Source: Rhynchobatus australiae (lineage: Eukaryota). Taken from it: a DNA stretch of 64,000 nucleotides. How positions within the stretch are numbered: position 1 is the first letter of the stretch; each line of letters starts with the position of its first letter. This document shows positions 53,701 through 62,910 of this stretch, piece by piece. The translations under genes and the position numbers were made by a program. The notes beneath the pieces were generated by a model. That model did not search any database and was not told the DNA's origin. It was given only the letters and a program-made list of their open reading frames with translations. Location: positions 118,325,337 through 118,389,336 of the forward strand of contig JAUZTB010000076.1 of assembly GCA_034780895.1 (NCBI GenBank), in the 5' to 3' direction.

Positions 53701-56700
53701 CAGGATGCAGAGATTTCTGCCTTTGAGCTGCAGAGAATACTGAACAAAATTGTATCTAACCGTGAGTAAAGGAACTCATTCATTATATCGGCTCTTTCCA
53801 CTGACTGCTGACACTGATGTTCAAATTTGAATTTGTTACCTGCATGCCAAGTGGATTTGCACCCGAGCTTCCCACGGCGATGCAGTGAAATAGTACGCTA
53901 ACCTTGGTGCCTCTGAAGCCTAGATTCAACCATGGTCAGTGTTCCATTTGCTGATCTCAGATGGATTGGAAATAGAAGAGTGAACATAATGGATCCAAGT
54001 TGGGGAGTGGTAGAATAAAACGTCAGGTTTCCTGTGTGATCAGTGCATGTGTACAACAGAACCAGTTTAACATTGCAAAGTCACGTCAGGGTTTCTTCAG
54101 CTAAGTGAAGTCAATGAATTTTCACTTTTCAACCTGACAGGAAGAAAAGTTTCCTGCTGCAGACACCAAGCTCTTACCTTTTCCCTGAATTTGCTTACAT
54201 TTATGGATGAGTGTAATTCAGCAAGAATTCTAGAACCCAGCTTCCAGATGATTAAAACAATTTCCTAATGGTCATTAAAGATATAAACACACAAGAGTTT
54301 CAACTTCCTGTACTATATGAAGTAATCACCCATGGAAGAAATGAGTGTCTGGCAATGCTGTTTGCCTCTGGCTTTAACAAAAAGCTGTAAATATTAACAC
54401 CTGTCATATTGAACATTTTACTGAAAGGAAGGATGGCTCTTTTCAAGTCATTTGGATGGAAATAAGATTGCATCTATATTGTTGTATAAATATTTTTATT
54501 TTAAATAATTCTCTCAGCCTCTTTCCAAAATATATTTTCTCTTCTAGGTGAAGACATTAAAACTGATGGTTTTAGTTTGGAGACCTGTCGAAATGTAATC
54601 AGTCTAATGGATGTATCCTTTTAATGACTCTTTGTATAGATGAGAGAAAAATCTGATGCCATAATTTGCCCATCAAACACAAAATTTTTCAGTTATTTGA
54701 AAATCCACAATGTAAACTTTATTAATATCCTCTTACCAAGCAGGTGTTCTGTAGCTACAGTGCTTTACAGGAACAATTAGTTAGCTTTTTGTTTCATGTC
54801 TCTGGGGAAGTTCCTTTTCTTTACATGCTGTCCTTTACTGACATGACCAGGTAGAGACTGAAGTGATTGCAAGAGGAACTATATCTACCGTTATGACATG
54901 TGCTGATGAATCAATACATTTGTGTGTGTCTCTCTCACTTGCAAATACCAAATAGCCCCACCAAAAGCAGGTCTTGACCCAATCTTGCCCTAGATGAGCA
55001 TTCACCCAGAATTAACATTGGCTCTGAAGATTGGCATGGAAGGTAGGATTCAAAGGAATTAAAACTAATTTGTTACAATTTCTGCTGTTTGAGATATATA
55101 AACGACTTGGATGAAAATCTAGATGGGTGGGTTAGTAAGTGTGCAGATGATACAAAGATTGGAAGTATTGTGGATAGTGTAGAAGACTGCCAAAGGATAC
55201 AGCAGGATATAGATCCGTTGCAGATATGGGTGGAGAAATGGCAGATGGAGTTTAATTCAGACAAGTGTGAGGTGTTGCATTTGGGAGATCCAATATAAAG
55301 GGACAGTATACAGTTAATGGCAGGATCCTTAACAGTGTTGATATACAGAGGGATCTTGGGGTTCAAGTTCATAGCTTCCTGAAAGTGGCTGCACAAGTTG
55401 ATAGGGTGGTAAAGAAAACATGGCATGCTTGCCTTTATTAGTTGAGGTATTGAGTTTGAGTCAGGAAGTTACGTTGCAGCTTCATAAAACTCTGGTTAGG
55501 CTGCATCTGGAGTATTGCATTCAATTCTGTTAGCCCCGTTACAGGAAATAATGTGGAGGCTCTGGAGAGAATGCAGAAGAGGTTTACCTGAGTGCTTCCT
55601 GGANNNNNNNNNNNNNNNNNNNNNNNNNNNNNNNNNNNNNNNNNNNNNNNNNNNNNNNNNNNNNNNNNNNNNNNNNNNNNNNNNNNNNNNNNNNNNNNNN
55701 NNNNNNNNNNNNNNNNNNNNNNNNNNNNNNNNNNNNNNNNNNNNNNNNNNNNNNNNNNNNNNNNNNNNNNNNNNNNNNNNNNNNNNNNNNNNNNNNNNNN
55801 NNNNNNNNNNNNNNNNNNNNNNNNNNNNNNNNNNNNNNNNNNNNNNNNNNNNNNNNNNNNNNNNNNNNNNNNNNNNNNNNNNNNNNNNNNNNNNNNNNNN
55901 NNNNNNNNNNNNNNNNNNNNNNNNNNNNNNNNNNNNNNNNNNNNNNNNNNNNNNNNNNNNNNNNNNNNNNNNNNNNNNNNNNNNNNNNNNNNNNNNNNNN
56001 NNNNNNNNNNNNNNNNNNNNNNNNNNNNNNNNNNNNNNNNNNNNNNNNNNNNNNNNNNNNNNNNNNNNNNNNNNNNNNNNNNNNNNNNNNNNNNNNNNNN
56101 NNNNNNNNNNNNNNNNNNNNNNNNNNNNNNNNNNNNNNNNNNNNNNNNNNNNNNNNNNNNNNNNNNNNNNNNNNNNNNNNNNNNNNNNNNNNNNNNNNNN
56201 NNNNNNNNNNNNNNNNNNNNNNNNNNNNNNNNNNNNNNNNNNNNNNNNNNNNNNNNNNNNNNNNNNNNNNNNNNNNNNNNNNNNNNNNNNNNNNNNNNNN
56301 NNNNNNNNNNNNNNNNNNNNNNNNNNNNNNNNNNNNNNNNNNNNNNNNNNNNNNNNNNNNNNNNNNNNNNNNNNNACGCTGGATAGTTTAATTACTATTA
56401 CTGATAAAATTATCAAAACTCATCTAAAATTTACACACTTGCGCACTTTTCGTTTAACAGTGACGTCACTGGCGTAAACACACGGTAAATAAGCAATATT
56501 ATTAAGGCACACCAACAACATCAGTCTCTGTACCACTACCGTGCACAACAGAATAGTAGTTAGTAGTGAACACTGCTGACTACACAAATTGAATATTAAG
56601 TGGCAGCTTACCAGAAGGGAACACTGTCTAAGTCTCGAAGATTGTCGCCTGCATCAGAGAATAGATATGGCCGATTTTCTAAGTAGTGGAAAACTGGAGC

Positions 56701-59700
56701 AAGCAAGTAAACTACATCTTTGTAACAGGTCGCTTTTCCATTTTTTTTCTTGGCTTGCTCGGGGACTCCCAGGCAACCCGCCAGGGACCCCCAGGGGTCC
56801 GCAGACCACTGGTTGAGAACCTCTGCAATAGAGGCCTTTAAGAGGCTCTTAGGCACATGACTGCGCAGAGAATGGAGTGATATGGACTTGTGAATGCAGA
56901 AGGGACTAGTTCAGTTAGTTTGGTACAACATTGTGGGTTGAAGGGGTTGGTCTTGTGCTGTATTGTTTTATGTTCTAATACCATTTCCAAGCAGTTTTCC
57001 TGAATGAGAATGGTAAAACAGAAGGATGGATCGGGAAAAATTGGACTGGTGGAATTCAAGCTGTTTTGGAACAAGTTACTTAAGATGCTGGTAATTAATT
57101 TTTTTTAAAAAGAGACTTATTTCCTGATCAAAATCTTCCTGTNNNNNNNNNNNNNNNNNNNNNNNNNNNNNNNNNNNNNNCACTTCAGCTATCAGGCCCC
57201 ACTTTTGACTCCATCGGGCTGAGTTTACTTTTAACAGGTGTTGCAATGGATAGCCATCTGTTTAATTCTGTGAAAATTAGCTCCATGTTCTGCGCTATAC
57301 AGTGGCTGTGATTATGTGCACCTCTTGATTGAATGACTAATTTAGACAGGTTCGTAGAACAAGTGAATGTGTAATTGTAAATTAAAGGAAGGTGTAAGGC
57401 AAGTGAAATACATGGGAAGGGACTCTTCCCTAATTTTAGGCAGAAGTGTTAATTATATGAGACAATTGTTTTATAAAGGCTCAATTTGTGCTATTGCTCG
57501 GATTGTGACTCCTGGCTACCCAACCTCTCCTGCCTGATGAAACTCTGCTCAGCTGATGCCCCGTCATTCTTTGATGCCCCTTTCCCCTTTAGGTTTTTCA
57601 TTGCACCTATACATACGTGTACTTGTGCACATCACAATAAACTCGACTTTAGGGAATCCAGAATTTGGTTTCATTCTAAATCTTTGATATATAGTTAAGA
57701 TTAGAAAAGTAACATGCAACTTTTTCTCCATTTAGGGAATTTTCAAGAAGCTGGATGCTGACGAATCTGGTACCATGAATTCACATGAAATACGACTGGC
57801 ACTTGAAGCAGCAGGTAATTTTAGAATACTCTGTAGTGCAGGCAAATGTACTTTTCCAAGACTAATTCACAGAGTTACTTATTTCCTCCAGCTTATAAGA
57901 TGCTCAGTACTTGGTTAGCTGCCATTAACTCAAGGTTTTTGGAAACAGTATTTCCTTTACTGGAAATATTTAGCACAAAAACTTGACATTTGACTCAACC
58001 ACCCCAAGGAGGTGTTTAAGCCCTCATCCTCAACCATTACAAACCTATTTCCTTGATGTGCAAACCTTCAATATATCTATACTACTTGTTGTCTGGCCAT
58101 ACTCTGGGATGGGGGGGATGAATAAATTCCCCATTTGATTTCTTGGTGACTATTTTCAACTTGACAACTTTGTTTTGATCTTTCCCACTGGAAGAGAATG
58201 AGGAGGAATACTTTGTATTAAGACCTTCCAATATTTTTAGTTTTAGGCTACCCATCAGATCCAGCCTGTCCTTTCCATCCTGATATTCTATATCTAATGT
58301 TTTTAGATCCACTCCAGTGCTTCTATCTTCAATACAACAATATGACCAGAACTATATGCATTACAAATGTATGGTTTAACCCTGATTCAATGCAAGTTTG
58401 GCATAAATTTTTGAATGCATATTTTGAGTTGACTTTATAATTTTGAGTGACTTTATTACCAGAAATCTGTTCCTTTAACTCCTCTAGATTCCTTTCCAGG
58501 AAATATTATGCTTCACTAATCTACATTGAAATTTGCTGGTCATTTATTAATTCTATTAGTTTATTGTTGTCCTCAGCATTAACTATCCCACCAGCTTTCC
58601 ATACGCCATTCAGAAAAGGTGGTGTTAACTTCAAATTTAAAAGGCTAACTCATTATTGTAAATTATGAGCAAATGGTCCTACCAGTGACCCTTAAGGGAA
58701 CCCACTTTCCAACTTGGGTAGTCTGAATTGTTATACTTCTACTCTTAGTCTCTGCTTTTTGTCTTGAAGCCATTCTGTGACCTGCTGCAGACTCTGCATG
58801 TTCTGATTTTCATTAGTTTATTATGTGGTACCTTATTGAAAAATTCAATGAGATTAGTCAAGCAGCCTTTCATTACATTTCATTGCCTTATCTTTTTCTT
58901 CTGCTTTTCTTAATACTAAAGAACATTAGTATGCTAAATATGGGTAATCAATATTCTGCAAGTCATTTTGCAGTAGGTTTTTCCAACAAAAATACATAAA
59001 TTGTGCCTCTGCTATTTTTCCCTAGATGCTATCAAAATGCACAAATATAATCCAACCAGATCAGAGGTGCTCCCTGAAGTCCAATCAATCAATTTCTTTC
59101 AAGCTTTTACTAACTAATCTGAGCCATCATCCTTTTACAACTAATTTTCTAAAGAGTAGGGCAAATCCTCACTCGATGTTTTAGCCTAATAATTTAGCTT
59201 ACAGAGAACTGCTCACCCACATAAGAGGTGAGATCATTTTTTTTTAAAAAGGCACCATCATGCCAGCCATTACAACAGGATGGATAACCACCTTTTCCTC
59301 TGCAATGTTGGATAAAAGCTCAGTGGTTGGTGCAAAGGGATCAACAAAGTTTAATTCTCAATTTATATGTGAATGAACTGACTCAAAATAACCTATATTG
59401 TGTGCCATTTTTCTAAGTATTATGGAATTCTCATTGGCATATCCTTGATCTTTCTTGGAGAAAGATCTTTGCCATGCAGTCCTACTAATTTAGAGCATAA
59501 CTAATATGTATCAAATTCCGCTTGCCTAGTTTGAATCCATATCTCTTAAAGCTCCAACGTAACAAGACTGTGTTTGAGTTCACTATGCTTGTACCTCCAC
59601 ACAAAAAGGCAATTCTTGGGAATGCTCCTGAGATCAAGGCACCCTCAACAGTCAAACATAATGTAATATCTCCACAAACACATTCATCCCTATACTTCAG

Positions 59701-62700
59701 TATTTCCATGATTATCAGCTTCAGACCTTGATAAATGCGATGCTTATATATGTAATAAGTAGACACATACATACAGAATGAATTGTCAATAAAACTAGAT
59801 TAATATAAATGTGTTTTCCTCCCCAGGTTTCACTCTGAACAATACATTGATTCAGAACATTGTTGCACGTTATGCAAACTCCAACTTTGTCATTGACTTT
59901 GATAACTTTGTTGGCTGTTTGATCCGATTGGAAACCATGTTCAGTAAGTTATTTTTTTTAAACTGTCCTATATATTCCACCCATATATACATTGAGAGCC
60001 AAATTCATTTAACGATGGGCTACTGACAAAGTGGAGCAGAGCGAAATGACTATCCACTCCTGGATATTAATCCATACCCTCAGCATATGGATGATTCAGA
60101 TTCTCATGGCACATAATCTTTACCTGCTTGTCCCAACAATCTAGAAGAAAAATCAGAGCAGCTATGTTACACCTATATGAAATAGCAGCCTGGGGTGGGC
60201 TAACAAGCAAGAAGTGATCTTTTGAACTTGCTTATGACCATAGTTACTTTCTAACCCTCTGAGTAAGAGCTAATAACACATTGTACTGAATTACAAAAGT
60301 AGCCAAAGAACTTCCTTCCAACATGCTCCAAATTAGGCTCATATTTGCTTTGGTTTTGCTCTGGTTGTGCAACCTCAGGATGTACTCTTAAGCCAAAATC
60401 TCCTGGGTAATACTCCAAGAGCAGGGGTTTGGCCCTCCCAGATCCTTGCAATTTTATGATCAGTTCAAAACAATTATGAAAACCTAAGAAAATAAAGTCC
60501 ATCGAACAAAATGTCGATGGAAAGTGGAATAGGCTGCTGGGTTACACTGATTGCTTTATTCACAATGCAAATTGTGGGGCTCCACATCCAATAATGCAGG
60601 GAGTGTCCACCTAATGTTATTCAGTACAACAGGTGCTAACCTTTTGAGATTATTAGCAGTATTTCTTCATTATTCGGGTGGCACAAGTAAACCACTGCAA
60701 GTAATCCCCTAAACTAAAATTATCATGTTTAGTTTGTGTACAGATTTGGATGGAAGCTTTCATTCCAAATGAATTTCTCTAATAGAGATTTTATCCCTCT
60801 TTGAGAGTGTATTCAATTACTGTACATGGCTTAGAGAATATAATTCCACAAACATATTAAAATATTTGTATACACAATTTTCTTTCCTCCAGCACATTGT
60901 CACACTCCCGTCCCTCCACCTTGCTCCATCTATCATTCACCTGCCAATCTTCCAACTCCATCCCTCCTCACCTCCCCTACCTGCCTGTTGTCTTGCCAAC
61001 ACCCCACCCCCTCTCTATTTTCAGTCCTGATGCAGGGTTTCAACCCAATATCTTTCCTTCCACAGATTGTTTGTTGCTGAAAATATTGGATGTTTAGAGA
61101 AAAAATATAAGACTCCCATTCAATTGAGCAAAAGAGACAGTGTTTTTCATTAAGCATGGTACTATGATGCTGGAGGAACTCAGCAGGCCAGGCAGCATCC
61201 GTGGAGAAAAGCAGGCGGTCAACGTTTCAGGTCAGGACCCTTCTTGAGAAAGGGTCCTGCCCAAAATGTTGACTGCCTATTTTTCTTCACAGATGCTGCC
61301 TGGCTTGCTGAGTTCCTCCAGCATCATGGTGTTTTTCATCTAGATTCCAGCATCTGCGGTCTTTTATTTCTCACAGAGCCATGCTTATACTCTTATGTTC
61401 CTGCTTTTTCAGGAATATTTAAACAACTAGAGCTGAATGATGAGGGAGAGACAGAGATGGATATATTTATGGTAAGTATCTGCCATTACATATTATAACA
61501 GTACCAATTCTCATTCATTATCCTATACTTTTAAAAACATACCATGTTTTTTGACTTGCAGTCAGAAGGAATGTTTTGAATATTCCATACACAATTTCTG
61601 GAGCTTTGGGTGGATGTGAGAACAGAATTTGGCTTCCCACAACCAGCAACCCAGCTCCATTGGAAGTTTTGGAGCAGCATATTCTAAATATGATAAATAT
61701 TGCATTTATCCATTTCTAGCACTATTCAGATGTTCCCATATTTTCAGGGGGATATTGCAACAGAATCAATGTTAATAAAACAAGAACTACTACTTTTGTG
61801 ATTATTAGCTGACTTCTAGTTTCTTGATCTCTCCACTTCCCTATGAAACCTGCAAACTTGGGATAAAAATTTCCTTATGATCATTTTACTATCATCTATC
61901 AAACTTTTGTTAGGCTGCAAAAGAGCTGCAATCATGTATATGGCTGAATTGTCCTGAATTGTCCCAAATTCCCCTTTAACCTGGATAAACAGTTCTTTGA
62001 ATTGGCATCTAAAATTGCAGGGGCTTCCTGCNNNNNNNNNNNNNNNNNNNNNNNNNNNNNNNNNNNNNNNNNNNNNNNNNNNNNNNNNNNNNNNNNNNNN
62101 NNNNNNNNNNNNNNNNNNNNNNNNNNNNNNNNNNNNNNNNNNNNNNNNNNNNNNNNNNNNNNNNNNNNNNNNNNNNNNNNNNNNNNNNNNNNNNNNNNNN
62201 NNNNNNNNNNNNNNNNNNNNNNNNNNNNNNNNNNNNNNNNNNNNNNNNNNNNNNNNNNNNNNNNNNNNNNNNNNNNNNNNNNNNNNNNNNNNNNNNNNNN
62301 NNNNNNNNNNNNNNNNNNNNNNNNNNNNCAGGAATATGCCTACTTGAACTTTTTTCCTCTCTTATTTTACTACTTCCCTTATGGTGTTGATCCTGATAAA
62401 TTGCAGTCATCTCTTTAAATTTGCACTTTGTTTTTCATTTTCAGAAATCTACTCTCAATCTGAAATGAAAACTGAATGCTGTACCACTTCAGAAAGAGAA
62501 ACACCTGATGAGGGATCTTTGGCCTGAAACATCAGTTCTGTATCTCTTTCTGACCTGTTGTTTCCAACATCTGCACTTACTGATTTTTATTTATTTTCTA
62601 AAACCACCATACACAAAATTGGTGAAAATATTAATTTTAATCTGACCAAAAATCCACCCATTTAGAGAGTCAAAAAGTGTTTGATTATTACTTCAAAATG

Positions 62701-62910
62701 AAGGTTAACATTCTAATTTCATATGGATTTAGTATTAGAGGCAAAACTGTGTTTGTGCACAGCTATGAAATCCTGCGTTGCAAAGTTTATTGTACCTTTT
62801 CAATTTTGTTGACCTAAAAATGCTATTAGTTTACATAAATTGCAAGAGTACACTTACAATGGATTGTCTTATTTCTGTTTCCACAGTGGCTGCAGCTGGT
62901 ACTGAATTAA
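1224..62910 (+). CDS. capn2: Calpain-2-like catalytic (large) subunit gene, 21 coding exons, 700 aa (span includes introns)
   Basis: Exon sizes 237,70,119,134,169,84,86,75,161,170,12,212,43,60,58,65,69,79,117,59,24 = 2103 nt, in frame. Motifs QGALGDCW (C105), KGHAYS (H262), RNPWG (N286). Short N-terminus and 700-aa length match CAPN2; the close paralogue CAPN8 cannot be excluded without phylogeny. Confidence 0.9.
2675..2960 (-). mobile_element. tRNA-derived V-domain SINE (HE1-like)
   Basis: Reverse complement of V-domain core (acccacgcagtcatagggagaacg..aaactccacac) plus CR1-like tail. Confidence 0.65.
4960..6195 (+). mobile_element. CR1 LINE 3' fragment (decayed RT + 3'UTR)
   Basis: Remnants of VPHGRL, KFAND(KFADD), [12 protein letters not shown]; tail gggctgaagggcctgtttctgtgctgtat. 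Confidence 0.8.
6289..6358 (+). CDS. capn2: calpain exon 2
   Basis: ttttag|[23 protein letters not shown](G)|gtaaga. Confidence 0.95.
6985..7280 (+). mobile_element. old L2-type LINE RT fragment
   Basis: Degenerate PQGSILGPLLFLI-like and RLDYSN..LELIQNSA-like blocks. Confidence 0.45.
7756..7905. repeat. 37-bp unit in direct/inverted/direct arrangement
   Basis: ttatctgaaatgaaattaaatcattaaaatactggct repeated, with an exact reverse-complement block at 7824-7854. Confidence 0.9.
10504..10909. mobile_element. LTR (TG...CA, 406 bp); second partial copy at 9652-9744
   Basis: Terminal inverted repeat TGTCA...TGACA; 93-bp match to 9652-9744 with 7 mismatches. Confidence 0.75.
12067..12260. mobile_element. 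Penelope-derived palindromic element with hammerhead-like core
   Basis: ~68-bp inverted arms; CTGATGA 12173-12179, GGGTC-tt-GAC stem, GAAA 12193-12196. Confidence 0.7.
16555..17265 (+). mobile_element. CR1 LINE 3' fragment nested in a SINE
   Basis: ORF 16695-16940 [18 protein letters not shown]...[12 protein letters not shown] is the CR1 ORF2 C-terminus, followed by 3'UTR. Confidence 0.88.
17270..17525 (+). mobile_element. V-domain SINE body (its head lies at ~16505-16545)
   Basis: B box ggttcaattc; gctgtctgtgtggaggttgcacgttctccc V-domain. Confidence 0.75.
20340..20660 (-). mobile_element. V-domain SINE (HE1-like)
   Basis: gaacatgcaaactccacatagacagcactggaggtcaggatcgaacctgggtc; CR1-like tail. 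Confidence 0.75.
20775..21105. mobile_element. possible Tigger/pogo-like MITE
   Basis: cccaggttat... / ...ataacctggggacttcctgcata inverted ends; similar end at ~41910-41957. Confidence 0.35.
21190..21475 (-). mobile_element. full-length V-domain SINE
   Basis: Reverse-complement homolog of 28712-29013 over its whole length. Confidence 0.85.
24475..25280 (-). mobile_element. Rex1/Babar LINE 3' portion, interrupted by an LTR-like insert and a gap
   Basis: [24 protein letters not shown] and [37 protein letters not shown]. Confidence 0.85.
28009..28127 (+). CDS. capn2: calpain exon 3 (catalytic Cys105)
   Basis: tacag|(G)[39 protein letters not shown]|gtaaat. Confidence 0.96.
28712..29013 (+). 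mobile_element. full-length V-domain SINE abutting the exon 4 acceptor
   Basis: tRNA head (B box gggttcaattcc), V-domain ggagtttgtacgttctcccc...ttcctcccacattcca, tail gactaataaaagatacctta. Confidence 0.88.
29018..29151 (+). CDS. capn2: calpain exon 4
   Basis: ctag|[44 protein letters not shown](K)|gtaagt. Confidence 0.96.
29260..29705 (+). mobile_element. Deu-domain SINE (SacSINE1/AmnSINE1-like), split by a Rex1 tail at ~29355-29495
   Basis: gtactgcactgtcagag..ggagatgttaaaccaagg..cacaaattggctgc Deu-domain blocks. Confidence 0.6.
31790..32160 (-). mobile_element. V-domain SINE
   Basis: ggggaaacccatgtgatcacagcgagaacatggaaac...gtcaggattgaacctgagtctctgagctgtgaggcagca. Confidence 0.7.
32780..32948 (+). 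CDS. capn2: calpain exon 5
   Basis: ttcag|[30 protein letters not shown]...GSLLGCSIN|gtgagt. Confidence 0.96.
34622..34705 (+). CDS. capn2: calpain exon 6 (catalytic His262)
   Basis: ttag|[28 protein letters not shown]|gtaagt. Confidence 0.96.
35255..36575 (+). mobile_element. Deu-domain SINE interrupted by CR1 and Rex1/Babar insertions
   Basis: Deu blocks at 35255-35606 ending aatgctctgggatat; the tail resumes atatcctgaggttgtggaaggtgc..ataaatgcaa at 36540. Confidence 0.6.
35777..36539 (+). mobile_element. Rex1/Babar LINE 3' portion
   Basis: [28 protein letters not shown] / [30 protein letters not shown] (frameshifted); tail caatgacaaataaagaaatcttgaatct. Confidence 0.9.
36735..37395 (-). 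mobile_element. CR1 LINE 3' fragments
   Basis: Reverse-complement CR1 3'UTR and ORF2-end motifs (actgtacatagtattctagatgtgg); tail matching 15530-15645. Confidence 0.6.
38465..39385 (-). mobile_element. CR1 LINE ORF1 (coiled coil + SGNH esterase) remnant
   Basis: RVRELELQ.., [34 protein letters not shown] across frameshifted ORFs. Confidence 0.88.
39575..39930 (-). mobile_element. CR1 LINE 3' fragment
   Basis: [27 protein letters not shown]. Confidence 0.85.
40130..40870 (+). mobile_element. L2-type LINE 3' fragment
   Basis: Decayed ORF2 end and tail ccttaaaacttgcctc...gagcaccttgggacaattt..ttaaagttgctt; minus-strand L2 relic (ADDTQ) at ~30560-31350. Confidence 0.5.
40964..41049 (+). CDS. 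capn2: calpain exon 7 (catalytic Asn286)
   Basis: gtag|[28 protein letters not shown](N)|gtaggt. Confidence 0.96.
42416..42490 (+). CDS. capn2: calpain exon 8
   Basis: cccag|[24 protein letters not shown](W)|gtaaaa. Confidence 0.93.
42795..43460 (+). mobile_element. CR1 LINE 3' fragment
   Basis: [49 protein letters not shown]. Confidence 0.88.
43670..44132 (-). mobile_element. V-domain SINE (spans a gap)
   Basis: gcacgtctttgggatgtgg...cccatgcagtcacagggaggg...ggagctgcaaggcagc. Confidence 0.6.
44135..44585 (-). mobile_element. Penelope-like element ORF remnant (RT C-terminus + GIY-YIG endonuclease)
   Basis: Minus-strand [40 protein letters not shown], and [19 protein letters not shown] (YIGET motif). 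Confidence 0.8.
44875..45035 (+). CDS. capn2: calpain exon 9
   Basis: ccag|[23 protein letters not shown]...[14 protein letters not shown]|gtacag. Confidence 0.94.
45325..46430 (-). mobile_element. two CR1 3' fragments (~45325-45600, ~45855-46430)
   Basis: Reverse-complement CR1 3'UTR (atatccctctaaacctttcctatccatgtac..) and ORF2 end (gaactgcacacaatatttcagctgtg). Confidence 0.8.
46811..46980 (+). CDS. capn2: calpain exon 10 (C2-like domain acidic loop), GC donor
   Basis: cacag|[56 protein letters not shown]|gcaagt. Confidence 0.93.
47090..47475 (-). mobile_element. CR1 tail and CR1 ORF1 fragment flanking a gap
   Basis: [31 protein letters not shown] (ORF1 esterase C-part) right of the gap; CR1 3' tail left of it. 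Confidence 0.75.
48787..48798 (+). CDS. capn2: calpain exon 11 (12-nt microexon VPDE)
   Basis: long pyrimidine tract, ttgtag|GTT CCT GAT GAG|gtacgt; equivalent to VPEE in CAPN2. Confidence 0.88.
49941..50152 (+). CDS. capn2: calpain exon 12
   Basis: attag|[32 protein letters not shown]...[26 protein letters not shown](Q)|gtaagt. Confidence 0.95.
50940..50982 (+). CDS. capn2: calpain exon 13 (linker)
   Basis: tttcag|[14 protein letters not shown]|gtaggt; restores frame between exons 12 and 14. Confidence 0.85.
52344..52403 (+). CDS. capn2: calpain exon 14
   Basis: cacag|[20 protein letters not shown]|gtaaga. Confidence 0.92.
52880..53560 (-). mobile_element. CR1 3' fragments
   Basis: tacagcacagaaatggggccctttcagcccaacttgtccatgcc...ctcaccttaaatctatgcactctgg. 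Confidence 0.7.
53704..53761 (+). CDS. capn2: calpain exon 15 (EF-hand 1)
   Basis: ttcag|[19 protein letters not shown](R)|gtgagt. Confidence 0.94.
54548..54612 (+). CDS. capn2: calpain exon 16
   Basis: ctag|[21 protein letters not shown]|gtatccttt (U12-type donor). Confidence 0.94.
55080..55603 (+). mobile_element. CR1 LINE RT fragment inside the U12 intron
   Basis: [39 protein letters not shown]; tail probably at 56835-56975. Confidence 0.9.
56376..56825. mobile_element. hAT (Charlie-like) DNA transposon/MITE right end
   Basis: Terminus gaccactggttgagaacctctg (rc CAGAGGTTCTCAACC, typical hAT TIR); left end lost in the gap. Confidence 0.55.
57022..57090 (+). CDS. capn2: calpain exon 17 (EF-hand 2)
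   Basis: aacag|[23 protein letters not shown]|gtaatt. Confidence 0.93.
57736..57814 (+). CDS. capn2: calpain exon 18 (EF-hand 3)
   Basis: tttag|[26 protein letters not shown](G)|gtaatt. Confidence 0.95.
59827..59943 (+). CDS. capn2: calpain exon 19 (EF-hand 4)
   Basis: cccag|[38 protein letters not shown]|gtaagt. Confidence 0.95.
61164..61375. mobile_element. Penelope-derived near-perfect palindrome
   Basis: ~80-bp inverted arms spanning 61164-61327, plus shared tail tagattccagcatctgc. Confidence 0.8.
61413..61471 (+). CDS. capn2: calpain exon 20 (EF-hand 5)
   Basis: ttcag|(R)[19 protein letters not shown]|gtaagt. Confidence 0.92.
62887..62910 (+). CDS. capn2: calpain exon 21, coding part
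   Basis: ccacag|WLQLVLN*; completes 700 aa. Confidence 0.88.
   Translation, partial: WLQLVLN

Larger units (their letters stand above)
54613..57021 (+). other. U12-type (minor spliceosome) GT-AG intron 16
   Basis: 5'ss GTATCCTTT; branch-like TTTTCCTGAAT at 56995-57005; no pyrimidine tract before CAG 57019-57021. Confidence 0.9.

Noticed and set aside
55496-56477. Long ORFs of 264-320 aa (also 61997-62418)
   Set aside because: Composed almost entirely of N-derived X residues
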